Positions 48,307 through 58,129 of a stretch of DNA of 64,000 nucleotides are shown one piece after another. Position 1 is the first letter of the stretch. Each line of letters opens with the position of its first letter. The position numbers and the translations under genes are program-made. The stretch lies in assembly GCA_964545075.1 (NCBI GenBank), contig CAZJFS010000003.1, positions 18,661 through 82,660 of the forward strand, read 5' to 3'. This stretch comes from an uncultured bacterium. Lineage in GTDB: Bacteria; Muiribacteriota; UBA9980. The notes under the pieces are model-generated. The model saw only the letters and a list, made by a program, of their open reading frames with translations, did not search any database and was not told where the DNA came from.

Positions 48307-49827
48307 ATGAAGAGGTCCGGTTATAAAATTTTACTTCTCGACGCCCCTCAATCCATCTGGAAATGGTTTGATGGTACTCTGCCTTCCCCGGCTCTGGCCA
48401 TATTCGCATCATATTTTAAAACCTTGTACGAACTTAAAATACTCGATCTGAATATCGAAAAAAAACCATGGACGCTTCTAAAAAAGGTGCTGGCTGAGTT
48501 CGAACCTGACCTTGTCGCGTTGCCATGCACGCACACATGCCATTTGAACGAGGTCGAAGCGAGCCTCCGGCTTATCAGGAAATTTTCGCCTAAGTCCGTT
48601 ATAATTGGCGGTGGAGTTCATTTCAACGTGTTTTATAAGGAGTTTCTAGAAAAGAACCTCGTTGATTTTGTATGTCTCGGTGAAGGCGAACTCACATTCA
48701 CCGAACTCGCCGGAGCTTTGAGCGATATACGCCGGAGCTATGGCACGCCATCGGCTGTTTCATTCGAAGAAAAAATAGGCCGTATTAAAAAAATAGACGG
48801 GCTGGCGTTTTCGGTGAACGATGAGATAATTAAAACCGGCGCGAGAAAACAGATCGAAAATCTGGATACGATACCTCTTCCGTCTTATGAGCTTTTTCAG
48901 ATGGAACGCTATAAAATTCCTATATACGGCGGAAACGAGACCTTTGGAATGACTTTCGGGCGCGGATGCCGCAACAGGTGCTGTTATTGCTCGGAGTCGT
49001 TCGGATGGAACTATACGCTTCGAAGAAATTCGCCGGCCTATGCCGTGAAGCATATCGAATTATTGCATAGCGTCTTTAACCGGCGGACCTTTATTTTCGC
49101 CGACACTGATTTTCTCGTCGATAAAAAATGGTGCGAGGAATTCGTGGCCATTATTAAAGAAAAGAAGTTGAAGATAAATTTTCATATCCAGACGGCGTGC
49201 AGGACGCTTTTGAAAAATGTGGAGCTGCTTCCGAAATTGAAAGAAATAGGCCTGTTTGAAGTAATGCTCGGAACGGAGTCCCCGTTTCAGAAAGTTCTGG
49301 ATAAATTGAAAAGTTTTCCCCAGAGCGTAGAGATAATGACGAATGCCATGAAAGCGGTTAAAGGCAACGGTCTTCTTCTTATGGCGATGATGTTTTGGGG
49401 GACCGAATATGACGATGCTCAGACGCTGCGGCAGGGCCTTAAATTTTTTGATAAGTACGCGGATATAGTATGCCCAAATGCCATGACGCCTTATCCGGGA
49501 ACGCCCCTTTACAATGAATTGACGGAGAAAGGCGTTATTCGCGTTGACGACCTTTCGCTCTACGATCAATCTCATATAATAGTACCCGCCGGAAACATGA
49601 GTTATGCTCAGACGCGCTGGGCATTCGAAAAGGAGCTCATACTGCACTTTAATTTCAATCCTAAATTTTATATGGGGCTTTTTTCGAAAAACAGGTTTTT
49701 ACGGACTAATTATTGGCATTATTTAAAACTGATATGGATGCAGGCTTTCGAAGGGCTTATGTCGCCGGTCAAATACAGGAAGGAATTATACGCTAAGAGC
49801 GAGTTCGATAAAATAATGGGGTCATAG
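48307..49827 (+). CDS. B12-binding-domain radical SAM protein, paralog 1 (506 aa)
   Basis: The N-terminal Rossmann-like B12-binding-type domain reads KILLLDAP…GGGVHFN…GEGE. The rSAM motif GCRNRCCYCSES is Cx3Cx2C. A shared C-terminal domain carries MMxWGTE and TPYPGTPLY. Confidence 0.75.
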   Translation: MKRSGYKILLLDAPQSIWKWFDGTLPSPALAIFASYFKTLYELKILDLNIEKKPWTLLKKVLAEFEPDLVALPCTHTCHLNEVEASLRLIRKFSPKSVIIGGGVHFNVFYKEFLEKNLVDFVCLGEGELTFTELAGALSDIRRSYGTPSAVSFEEKIGRIKKIDGLAFSVNDEIIKTGARKQIENLDTIPLPSYELFQMERYKIPIYGGNETFGMTFGRGCRNRCCYCSESFGWNYTLRRNSPAYAVKHIELLHSVFNRRTFIFADTDFLVDKKWCEEFVAIIKEKKLKINFHIQTACRTLLKNVELLPKLKEIGLFEVMLGTESPFQKVLDKLKSFPQSVEIMTNAMKAVKGNGLLLMAMMFWGTEYDDAQTLRQGLKFFDKYADIVCPNAMTPYPGTPLYNELTEKGVIRVDDLSLYDQSHIIVPAGNMSYAQTRWAFEKELILHFNFNPKFYMGLFSKNRFLRTNYWHYLKLIWMQAFEGLMSPVKYRKELYAKSEFDKIMGS

Positions 49828-49840
49828 CGTAAGCATATAT

Positions 49841-51367
49841 ATGAAGAATCAGGAATATAAAATACTTCTGGTCGACGCCCCTGAAAGGCTTTCACTCTGG
49901 TTCGACGGAACGATCCCCTCGCCGGCGCTTTCCATACTCGCGTCCTACGTTAAAACCAGATACGAGCTGAAGGTGCTGGACCTGAATATTGAAGAGCGGC
50001 CGTGGAACGTTTTGAAAATGGCGCTGGATGAATTTAAACCTCACCTGATCGGGCTTTCATGCACCCATACATGCCAGATGAACGAAGTAATGGCCGTCGC
50101 CCGGCTCGTCAGAAGATTTTCGCCTTCATCGCTTATCGTCGGAGGCGGAATATATTTCAGCGTTTTTCATGAAGAAGCTATTTGCGATGGATTGATCGAT
50201 ATAGCGGTAATAGGCGAAGGAGAAATGACGTTTTCCGCTCTCGCTAAAACGTTAAGCGCCATAGAGGCTGAAAGGAAAGCGGGAGCGCAAATTACGCGGG
50301 CGGATATCTCGCGAAGGCTTGAAACGATTGATGGGCTGGCGTTCAAAGACGAAACGGGTTCGATAATTAAGAGCTCGCCAAGAAAATATATTGAAAATCT
50401 CGATTCGATACCGTTCCCCTCTTATGAACTCTATCCGATCGATAAATATAAATCGCCCACTTTCGGAGGCGGCGAGGCATTCGGAATGACGTTCTCGCGC
50501 GGATGCGCCAACAGATGTTATTTCTGTTCCGAATCCGCCGGATGGAACCATACGCTCAGGCGCCATTCGCCCGAATACGCGGTGCGCCATCTGGAGATCA
50601 TATACCGCAACTACGGCCGCAGGGTATTCGTTTTCGGCGATACGGACTTTTTGTCGGATAAAAAATGGTGCGAAGATTTTATCGCCCTGATAAAAGCGAA
50701 AAAAATAACGATAAATTTTCATGTGCAGGCTTCGTGCAATTCTGTCATTAAAAACGAGGAGCTCCTTCCGAAACTGAAAGAAATAGGTCTTTTCGAGGTT
50801 ATGATCGGAGCTGAATCGCCGTTTCAAAAGATACTCTCTAAATTGAAAAAGCCATACAGCGATAAGGAAACGGTCGTCGGGGCGATGGAGCGCGTAAAAA
50901 AACACGGGCTTTTACTTATGGCGATGCTTGTCTGGGGAACCGAGTTCGACGACGAAAGCACGCTGCACGAAGGACTTTATTTTTTTGATAAATACGCTGA
51001 TATCGTCTGTCCCTGCCTTTTGACGCCTTATCCCGGTACGGAGCTATACGATGAGATGAAGTCGAAGGGACATATTAATGTCGCCGATTTCGCCTTCTAC
51101 GACCAGGCTCATGTTATAGTTCCCGCGGGTAATATGAGCTATAAGGAGACAAGGCGGGTGTATGAGAAGGAACTTTGCCTCTATTTCAATCTTAACCCGA
51201 AATTTTATATGAAGCTTCTTTCAAAAGACGCTTTTATGAGGATGAACCAGGCGGCGTTCTTTAAGATGGTATGGGCCCGCACGTTCGAGTGCGTCACAAG
51301 CCAGGGCGGCTATAAAAAGGACCTTTTTAACAACAGCGAGTATCTTAAGCTAATGAACATGAGGTGA
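49841..51367 (+). CDS. B12-binding-domain radical SAM protein, paralog 2 (508 aa)
   Basis: It is collinear with paralog 1 (KILLVDAPE…; GCANRCYFCSES; TPYPGTELY). It starts 13 bp after paralog 1. Confidence 0.75.
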   Translation: MKNQEYKILLVDAPERLSLWFDGTIPSPALSILASYVKTRYELKVLDLNIEERPWNVLKMALDEFKPHLIGLSCTHTCQMNEVMAVARLVRRFSPSSLIVGGGIYFSVFHEEAICDGLIDIAVIGEGEMTFSALAKTLSAIEAERKAGAQITRADISRRLETIDGLAFKDETGSIIKSSPRKYIENLDSIPFPSYELYPIDKYKSPTFGGGEAFGMTFSRGCANRCYFCSESAGWNHTLRRHSPEYAVRHLEIIYRNYGRRVFVFGDTDFLSDKKWCEDFIALIKAKKITINFHVQASCNSVIKNEELLPKLKEIGLFEVMIGAESPFQKILSKLKKPYSDKETVVGAMERVKKHGLLLMAMLVWGTEFDDESTLHEGLYFFDKYADIVCPCLLTPYPGTELYDEMKSKGHINVADFAFYDQAHVIVPAGNMSYKETRRVYEKELCLYFNLNPKFYMKLLSKDAFMRMNQAAFFKMVWARTFECVTSQGGYKKDLFNNSEYLKLMNMR

Positions 51368-51373
51368 GCCGAT

Positions 51374-52870
51374 ATGAAAGTATTGTTTTTAGACCCGATC
51401 CATAAGGTTTGGGAGTTTTTCAGGGGACTGACCGCGAATCCGGCGCTTATATACCTTGCAGCCGTGGCGCGCCGCGATTTTGACGTAAAGGTATACGACG
51501 CTTACGCCGAATCGGGCAGGCCGTGGAATAAAACCGCGGAATATCTTGAAAAAGAGCGCCCTGACGTCGTTTGTCTTCCCGGCTCGATCCCGGCTTTCTG
51601 GTACGATGTTCTCAACTGCGCGCGCCTGGTGCGCGAGATTCTTCCTGACGCAAAGATCGTCACCGGCGGTTATATCTCAAATCAGTTGTGGCGCGATGGA
51701 CTCGCGAGCGGCCATATCGATTATATAGTTATTGGCGAGGGCGAGGTCACGATGATGGAATTATTGAAGGCTATAAATGGCGGCGCGTCCGGTTTAGCCG
51801 AAATTAAGGGGCTCGCATATCTCAAGGACGGCAAACCTTTCCAGACGGCTGAACGCGGTTTCATAGAGGATCTCGACACGCTTCCGCTGCCGGCTTATGA
51901 TCTGTTTCCGATGCACCGCTATTCTCTGGCACCGTTCGGCGGCAATATCGGCTTTACAGCGACATTCGCGCGCGGATGTACCGGCCGCTGCAAGTTCTGT
52001 TCGGAAACGCTTCTGTGGCGTCATTGCTGGCGGGGCCACAGCGCCGAATATATGGTCGAGGCGCTTTCACTGCTTAGGTACAAATATAACAAGCGGGTGT
52101 TTTATATAGGCGACGACGATTTTTTACACGATCCTGAGCGCACCGAAAAATTCACGGAACTTATACTGAAAAATAAGATCGACATTAAAATGTGGATACA
52201 GACCACCTGCCATAACGTGGTCAGGAACGCGAAATTGCTGGCGGGCCTTAAAAAGGCTGGCGTCTATCAGATTATGGTGGGCATCGAAACGCCTAAGCCA
52301 AAGGGCCTGAAAGTGCTTAACAAGCCTCAGGACTTCGACCTTGTAATGCGCGCGCTCGAAGCGCTGAAACCCCACGAATTCATAATAATGGGCATGATGA
52401 TGTGGGGAACGCCATGGGATACGAAGCAGGACCTGATCGATAATCTCGAATTTCTGGACGAGCACTGCGATATAATCGGCCCCGACGCTGTTACGCCATG
52501 GCCTGGAACGCCTTATTATGACGAGTGTGAAAAGATGGGCGCGATCGAAGTGCGCGACCTCACGCAATACGATATGACAAACTGCATAACCCGCACGGCC
52601 GAACTTTCGGCTGCCGAGTCCGATTTCTATTACAAAAAAACCGTCGGAAAACATCTCATATTCAACAAAAAATTCCTGGGCAACTATTTATTTTCCAAGA
52701 AGCCGCTCTACAGGACATACGTGAATATGTTCGTGAAGATGGGCTGGAGTTTTTTCACTATGAAGCCGTGGACGCAGAAGAACTATCAGAGTTTCGACGA
52801 ATTCTATCCTGAATTTATCGCTAAAAAGACTGCCTATGAAATGCAGAAAACCGGCGTTATGGCGCGTTGA
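51374..52870 (+). CDS. B12-binding-domain radical SAM protein, paralog 3 (498 aa)
   Basis: The N-terminus is MKVLFLDPIHKVWEFF… and the rSAM motif is GCTGRCKFCSET. It starts 6 bp after paralog 2. Confidence 0.75.
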   Translation: MKVLFLDPIHKVWEFFRGLTANPALIYLAAVARRDFDVKVYDAYAESGRPWNKTAEYLEKERPDVVCLPGSIPAFWYDVLNCARLVREILPDAKIVTGGYISNQLWRDGLASGHIDYIVIGEGEVTMMELLKAINGGASGLAEIKGLAYLKDGKPFQTAERGFIEDLDTLPLPAYDLFPMHRYSLAPFGGNIGFTATFARGCTGRCKFCSETLLWRHCWRGHSAEYMVEALSLLRYKYNKRVFYIGDDDFLHDPERTEKFTELILKNKIDIKMWIQTTCHNVVRNAKLLAGLKKAGVYQIMVGIETPKPKGLKVLNKPQDFDLVMRALEALKPHEFIIMGMMMWGTPWDTKQDLIDNLEFLDEHCDIIGPDAVTPWPGTPYYDECEKMGAIEVRDLTQYDMTNCITRTAELSAAESDFYYKKTVGKHLIFNKKFLGNYLFSKKPLYRTYVNMFVKMGWSFFTMKPWTQKNYQSFDEFYPEFIAKKTAYEMQKTGVMAR

Positions 52871-53003
52871 TATCTTATTCGCCGGCCTTTTCGCGCGCGG
52901 CAGGATTTTTTCAGGCCGTTTATAAAAAGGTCCTTCATAGTTTAATGACTGATCGCTTTAACGGTAACAAGTATTTTAAGTTAATGGATATGGGGTGATT
53001 GGA

Positions 53004-54497
53004 ATGAAAGTATTATTTTTGGATCCACTGCATAAGGTTTGGGAATTTTTTCGTGGACTTACGGCTTCGCCGGCTCTTATATATCTTGCCGCCGTGGCGC
53101 GTCGCGAATTCGACGTAAGAGTATTTGACGCATCCATGGAGTCCAAGGATCCGTGGAACAGGACCGCGGAATATCTCTTGCGCGAAAGGCCCGACGTGGT
53201 TTGTATAACCGGCTCTATAACCGGTTTCTGGAATGATTCGCAGAACGCCGCGAAGCTCGTGCGCGAAACGCTTCCGGAAACCAGGATAATAACCGGCGGC
53301 TATATTGCCTCGCGTCTCTGGAATGAAGCGCTTCAAAGCGGGTTTTTCGATTTCGTCGTCATAGACGAAGGCGAACTGACTTTGCTTGAATTACTGAGCG
53401 CGCTCAATTCAAATTCCTCGGCGGATTATTCAAAGATAAGAGGGCTCGCTTATTTGGAAAAAGGCGTCCCCCGAAAAAACGTGGACCGTGAATTTATAGC
53501 CGATCTGGATACATTGCCGCTGCCGGCTTATGATATGTTCCCGATGGATCGTTATTCGCTGGCGCCATTCGGCGGTCACATCGGTTTCGCGCTCAGCTTC
53601 AACCGCGGCTGTCAGAACAAATGCAAATTCTGCTCCGAGACGCTTCAATGGAAACATATGTGGCGCGGACACGGCGCCGAATATATGGTTGAAGTTTTAG
53701 AGCTATTGAATAAAAAATATAATAAAAAAGTTTTTTACGTCGGCGACGATGATTTTTTACACGACCGTGAGCGCACTATAAAATTCATAGAACTCATGGA
53801 CAAAAAGAAGCTCGATATAAAAATGTGGATACAGACCACATGCTATAGCGCTATCGCGAATGTAGACCTTTTAGCGGGGTTAAAACGCATAGGCGTCCAC
53901 CAGTTCATGATGGGGATCGAAACGCCGAAACCGCTGGGAATGAAAAATCTCAACAAGCCACAAAACATCGATATCGTCATGAAAGCGCTCGAAACGGTCA
54001 AGCCGTTCGGATTCATTATGATGGGAATGCTTATGTGGGGCGCGCCCTGGGATAAAAAGGAAGACCTCGATTACGCTCTCGATTTTCTCGGCAAACATTG
54101 CGATATCATCGGGCCGAACGCCACCACTCCCTGGCCTGGAACGCCATATTACGATGAATGTGAAAAGATGGGCGCGATCGAAGTGCGAGACCTTACCAAA
54201 TATGACATGACCAACGTCATAACCAGGACCGCCGAACTTTCGGCCGCCGAAGCCGATTTTTACTACAAGAAGACGGTCGGAAAATTTTTGATGCTCAATA
54301 AGAAATTTCTTGGAAATTACATGTTTTCAAAAAAACCGCTCTATCGTGAATATATAAATATGTTCGTCAAGATGGGCTGGCGTTTCTTTATAATGAAACC
54401 CTGGTATCAGAAGAATTATCAGCCTTTCGAAGAGTTTTATTACGATTTTATCGCGAAAAAAGCGTCGGTGAAAATGACCGCGCAGCTTGTGAAATGA
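53004..54497 (+). CDS. B12-binding-domain radical SAM protein, paralog 4 (~497 aa)
   Basis: The N-terminus is MKVLFLDPLHKVWEFF… and the rSAM motif is GCQNKCKFCSET. It is about 70% identical to paralog 3 by eye. It follows a 133-bp gap. Confidence 0.75.
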   Translation: MKVLFLDPLHKVWEFFRGLTASPALIYLAAVARREFDVRVFDASMESKDPWNRTAEYLLRERPDVVCITGSITGFWNDSQNAAKLVRETLPETRIITGGYIASRLWNEALQSGFFDFVVIDEGELTLLELLSALNSNSSADYSKIRGLAYLEKGVPRKNVDREFIADLDTLPLPAYDMFPMDRYSLAPFGGHIGFALSFNRGCQNKCKFCSETLQWKHMWRGHGAEYMVEVLELLNKKYNKKVFYVGDDDFLHDRERTIKFIELMDKKKLDIKMWIQTTCYSAIANVDLLAGLKRIGVHQFMMGIETPKPLGMKNLNKPQNIDIVMKALETVKPFGFIMMGMLMWGAPWDKKEDLDYALDFLGKHCDIIGPNATTPWPGTPYYDECEKMGAIEVRDLTKYDMTNVITRTAELSAAEADFYYKKTVGKFLMLNKKFLGNYMFSKKPLYREYINMFVKMGWRFFIMKPWYQKNYQPFEEFYYDFIAKKASVKMTAQLVK

Positions 54498-56017
54498 GGA
54501 TACTTTTTTTAGATCCGCCACACGCGCCATGGGATTTTTTTCCGGGCCGAATGCCTTCGCCGGGCCTTATGGCCATTGTTCCGTTCGCCGTAGGCGCGGG
54601 ATGCGACGTGGCCGTGCTCGATTTATCGCTTGAGATCGATCCGGCGGCGGCACTTGAAAAAAAGGCCGCCTCGTTCGCGCCGGACGTCGTGGCGATATCC
54701 GGCTCTAAATCGGCTTTCGCATTCGAGACGGCGAACGCCGCCATGCTTGCTCGAAAGTTCCTTCCCGCGGCGGTTATAACGGGCGGCGGAAATTTCGCTT
54801 CGTCATACGCCGGCGACCTCGTTTCGCGCGGGCTATTCGATATAATAATAAAAGGCGAAGGAGAACTTCCTTTTTCGGCCATTTTAAAGGCCCTGAAAAA
54901 AAACAAGCCGGAAGATATAAAAGCTATAGCGGGCCTCATATATTCAAAAGAAATGATGGCTTTCCCAAAAAGTTACCGCAAGCGGCTTTCCGGGATTTTT
55001 TCAAAATTTGAGATTTCGCGGGCCGAAGGGTTCCGTTCATGCGCGAATGTTTTTGACCGAGAAAAAATTTTTGAGTTCGAAGATACCGGTTCCGCCGAAT
55101 TTATAGCGGATATGGATACGCTGCCGCTTCCAGCTTTCGAATATTTCGACATGGATAGTTATACGCTGCCGCCGCTCGGCGGGAAAACCGGCTTCGTTCA
55201 AAGCTTCAGCCGGGGATGCGGAAAGCGCTGTTCGTTCTGCGCCGATTCGCTCTTCTGGGGGCATACCTGGCGAGGCTTTTCGGCCGAACGGTGCGTTGAA
55301 ATATTAAAGACCCTCTCGTCCGCGTATGGCCGCCGGATAATTTATTTCGGCGACGCCGACTTTTTCTGGAACCGGAACCGGAACCTTAAATTTTTAGAGC
55401 TCCTCGAAAAAGAAAGGGAAGCCGGCGGGCTTAAAATAAATTTCTGGCTGCAGAGTTCCGTCGATAATATATTGGCGAATCGCGATCTTTTGAAAAGGTA
55501 TCGTAAAGCCGGCTTGTATCAAATAATGTGCGGCTTTGAAAGCGTTTCTGGCGCCGCCCAGAGCGCTTTCAAAAAGGTCCATTCTATCGATAAAATGACG
55601 GAGGCGGCGCGAGCGGTGAAAAACGCAGGCATAATAATCATGGGGATGATGATGTGGGGCGATTACGGCGACGACGAAATAACGCTCGGCGAGAACCTCG
55701 ATTTTCTGGTAAAAAACTGCGACGTTATAGGGCCTAACACAGTGACCCCTCATTACGGCACGCCGTATTTCGAAGAATGCGAAAAGCGCGGCCTGGTCAC
55801 GAAATATTCGACGCTTGGAAGCGACCAGTGCTACGTCATCATGCCGACTTACTCGCTCGATATTTCCGGCGCGGAAAAAGTTTATAAAGACATGGTTTTA
55901 AAGACCCTGATATCGAAAAAAAAGTTCATAGGGAACTATCTTTCCGCTCCCGGGCTCAGGATAAAAAAAATTCTTTCAGATCTTATCGAAAATGGATATG
56001 AGGGGAAAGCGTCATGA
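54494..56017 (+). CDS. B12-binding-domain radical SAM protein, paralog 5 (507 aa, most divergent)
   Basis: The N-terminus is MRILFLDPPHAPWDFF… and the rSAM motif is GCGKRCSFCADS. The C-terminal region carries MMMWGD and TPHYGTPYF. Its start overlaps the paralog 4 stop by 4 bp (ATGA). Confidence 0.75.
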   Translation: MRILFLDPPHAPWDFFPGRMPSPGLMAIVPFAVGAGCDVAVLDLSLEIDPAAALEKKAASFAPDVVAISGSKSAFAFETANAAMLARKFLPAAVITGGGNFASSYAGDLVSRGLFDIIIKGEGELPFSAILKALKKNKPEDIKAIAGLIYSKEMMAFPKSYRKRLSGIFSKFEISRAEGFRSCANVFDREKIFEFEDTGSAEFIADMDTLPLPAFEYFDMDSYTLPPLGGKTGFVQSFSRGCGKRCSFCADSLFWGHTWRGFSAERCVEILKTLSSAYGRRIIYFGDADFFWNRNRNLKFLELLEKEREAGGLKINFWLQSSVDNILANRDLLKRYRKAGLYQIMCGFESVSGAAQSAFKKVHSIDKMTEAARAVKNAGIIIMGMMMWGDYGDDEITLGENLDFLVKNCDVIGPNTVTPHYGTPYFEECEKRGLVTKYSTLGSDQCYVIMPTYSLDISGAEKVYKDMVLKTLISKKKFIGNYLSAPGLRIKKILSDLIENGYEGKAS

Positions 56018-57222
56018 AATTTATGGATGATCTTTTTAGGACGGGATATTTTTTAAATTTCAGCGAAAAATTATTTCTATATCTTATAAAATTCATGACG
56101 CTCGTATTCGCCGTTATTTATTATTTTCATTATGCTTTTGTCATCGACCCCACATTCAATAAGTTTTTATTTTTATATTTTTTGACTTTCATAGTCTCGG
56201 GTTTTTTCTTCACTCTTCTTCCGCTGAAAGACGAATGGATATGCGCGCTGGAATTTTTCAAAATCCAGGCAGGGCTTTACAATGCGGATAAAAAGTTATA
56301 CGAAATTGCATCGGAAAAACTCGCCGTGGAAGCGAAAATAACGAGAGATGAATCGGCTGAAGCGCTCGCTGGTTCCTTCGCCAGCTTTAAAAGCGATTAT
56401 TTCATAGTTTACCCTGCCTGGTTCGCCGTATTGGCGATGACGTTCGTCATCGAGGCGTTTGTCTTCGTGAAGTTGGATCCGCTTCTTGTCCAGAAAAATT
56501 TTGCCGTTCTTTCGGCTTTTCTGACCCTCGTCCATGTGTCGGCGATGAATTCGACATTTGAAAATTTTTCCGGCCTTCCCGGCTCTACTCACTCAGGATT
56601 TTCGATTCTTCTGGTGTGCCTCTTCGCCGTCCGTTCCGTGTTTTTCGCGATTCTTTATAGAAACGCGTGTTTTCAAGTTGCGATCGCCCTGATTCTGACT
56701 TATTTCTTCGGTAAATTATTCGCGCTTTTATATTACGGAGATGGGTTTCAGATATTCGTCAGGACTCGCGACAGGAACATATGGCGGATGGCTTTCGACG
56801 CGCGCATGACGCGCGTTGTAGAATGCGAAAAGCTTCCATTTACGATGAAATGCCGTTTTCTTAAAACGCCCTATTCGACCGCTATAGCTTTTTATGAATC
56901 GGGTGCGCGCGTTTCCGAATTTCATTTCACTCCTTACCGGCTTGGAGTTGAAAAAGAAAGCGTGGAAACGGCGGCCAGGATTTTCGCCGAGCGGCTTAAG
57001 ATCAGCGACGGCTTAAAGGCCACGGGAAGCGTTGCCGATCTTTTCGAAGAGATTACGCTGCTCGACCTGGCGAGAAAATACGGCCGCGAACAGACCGCAG
57101 TGAGCGTTTCGCTGATCGCGTCATCTTATCTTATGTGTTATGAACTTTTTCTCATTTATACGGGGGCGAATTCGCCTAACGATAATTATTTCGAGATCAT
57201 CAAAGTGATTTTGGGATTCTGA
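56014..57222 (+). CDS. Hypothetical polytopic membrane protein (N-terminal ~6 TM helices plus a C-terminal soluble domain), translationally coupled to the rSAM array
   Basis: Its start overlaps the paralog 5 stop by 4 bp. The N-terminal half is hydrophobic, the C-terminal 170 aa are charged and soluble, and no family is recognised. Confidence 0.55.
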   Translation: MKFMDDLFRTGYFLNFSEKLFLYLIKFMTLVFAVIYYFHYAFVIDPTFNKFLFLYFLTFIVSGFFFTLLPLKDEWICALEFFKIQAGLYNADKKLYEIASEKLAVEAKITRDESAEALAGSFASFKSDYFIVYPAWFAVLAMTFVIEAFVFVKLDPLLVQKNFAVLSAFLTLVHVSAMNSTFENFSGLPGSTHSGFSILLVCLFAVRSVFFAILYRNACFQVAIALILTYFFGKLFALLYYGDGFQIFVRTRDRNIWRMAFDARMTRVVECEKLPFTMKCRFLKTPYSTAIAFYESGARVSEFHFTPYRLGVEKESVETAARIFAERLKISDGLKATGSVADLFEEITLLDLARKYGREQTAVSVSLIASSYLMCYELFLIYTGANSPNDNYFEIIKVILGF

Positions 57223-57265
57223 TGATTTTGCGGCGCGCCATAAAATCAGGCGGCGGCTGCCGAGG

Positions 57266-58129
57266 TTATTTCAAAAGAGCTTTAAGGATTTTGAAGTCTA
57301 TCGATTTGATAAGCTTTTCAGTCGTGGCGGGCGAGGCGGTTATATCTATCCTGATCGCCTGAACTTTAGCGTGCGGCGCCTTCGGGTCGATCGCGGCTTC
57401 CATTGAAACGGATTCGCCGTCCTGCCTTCGTTTCCAATCGCCTATTAATATCGTCGTCTGACCTTCGTGCCCGTCGAGATTTTCTTCCGTTTCCGTCCTG
57501 AAAGTAATAGAATCTTCGATCCTGGCCGTTTCTCTGGCTGATGATACGATTGAAAAAGAGCTCTGGTTGGCTTCGATGCGGATCATGGCGTTCGCGTCCC
57601 TCGTTAATTCCGCGAAAGGCGAAGCGAGAAGTTTTTTTTGCTGTTCGGCCGCATGCGCTTCAGCCTCTTTTGAGATCTTTTCAATTTCCGGCTTTAGTTT
57701 TTCCATCTCGGCCATATTAGCAGTTTCCGCCGCTTTTCCTAATTTTTCGGAAACGGCTTTCTGTTTTTCGGATATTTCCCGCATTTTCTCCTCGCCGGCT
57801 TTCATTATCTTCGAGCCTTCCTCGATTTTTTTATTTTCCTCTTCGGGCGATATTTTTTTATGCCAGTTTGAGCTGAAGCTTATCAGCCACGGATATTTTT
57901 CGAAACCTTCGCTTACGGTTTCGAGAGCTGAGGGCGTATCGCCTTCGACGATTTCCCATCCGTCAAGCGATTTCGGCATGGCGTCCTTAAAGGTTTTAAG
58001 AATGGCCGAATGAAATGATTTTTCAGCTTCGGTCGCCGCCCTTACCGGGCCGCCGCCATCGGCAAAAGCTTCTCCGGAAGAAGCCGCGAGAAATAAAATA
58101 ATTAAAACTGAAAATAATATTTTTTTCAT
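57266..58129 (-). CDS. Secreted hypothetical coiled-coil protein
   Basis: It has a signal peptide (LFLAASSGEAFA) and a Lys/Glu-rich coiled-coil middle region. Confidence 0.45.
   Translation of the reverse strand: MKKILFSVLIILFLAASSGEAFADGGGPVRAATEAEKSFHSAILKTFKDAMPKSLDGWEIVEGDTPSALETVSEGFEKYPWLISFSSNWHKKISPEEENKKIEEGSKIMKAGEEKMREISEKQKAVSEKLGKAAETANMAEMEKLKPEIEKISKEAEAHAAEQQKKLLASPFAELTRDANAMIRIEANQSSFSIVSSARETARIEDSITFRTETEENLDGHEGQTTILIGDWKRRQDGESVSMEAAIDPKAPHAKVQAIRIDITASPATTEKLIKSIDFKILKALLK

Noticed and set aside
49060-50905. 195-aa and 217-aa minus-strand ORFs inside radical SAM paralogs 1 and 2, plus similar antisense ORFs at 52124-52654, 53013-53336 and 55394-55753.
   Set aside because: They are antisense to strongly supported rSAM genes and recur because the paralogs are alike. 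They have no independent support.
52871-53003. The possibility that the 133-bp gap between rSAM paralogs 3 and 4 hides a small precursor-peptide gene for a RiPP pathway.
   Set aside because: There is no ATG-initiated ORF of more than about 15 codons with an RBS in either orientation, so a promoter or spacer is more likely. A very short unannotated peptide cannot be fully excluded.
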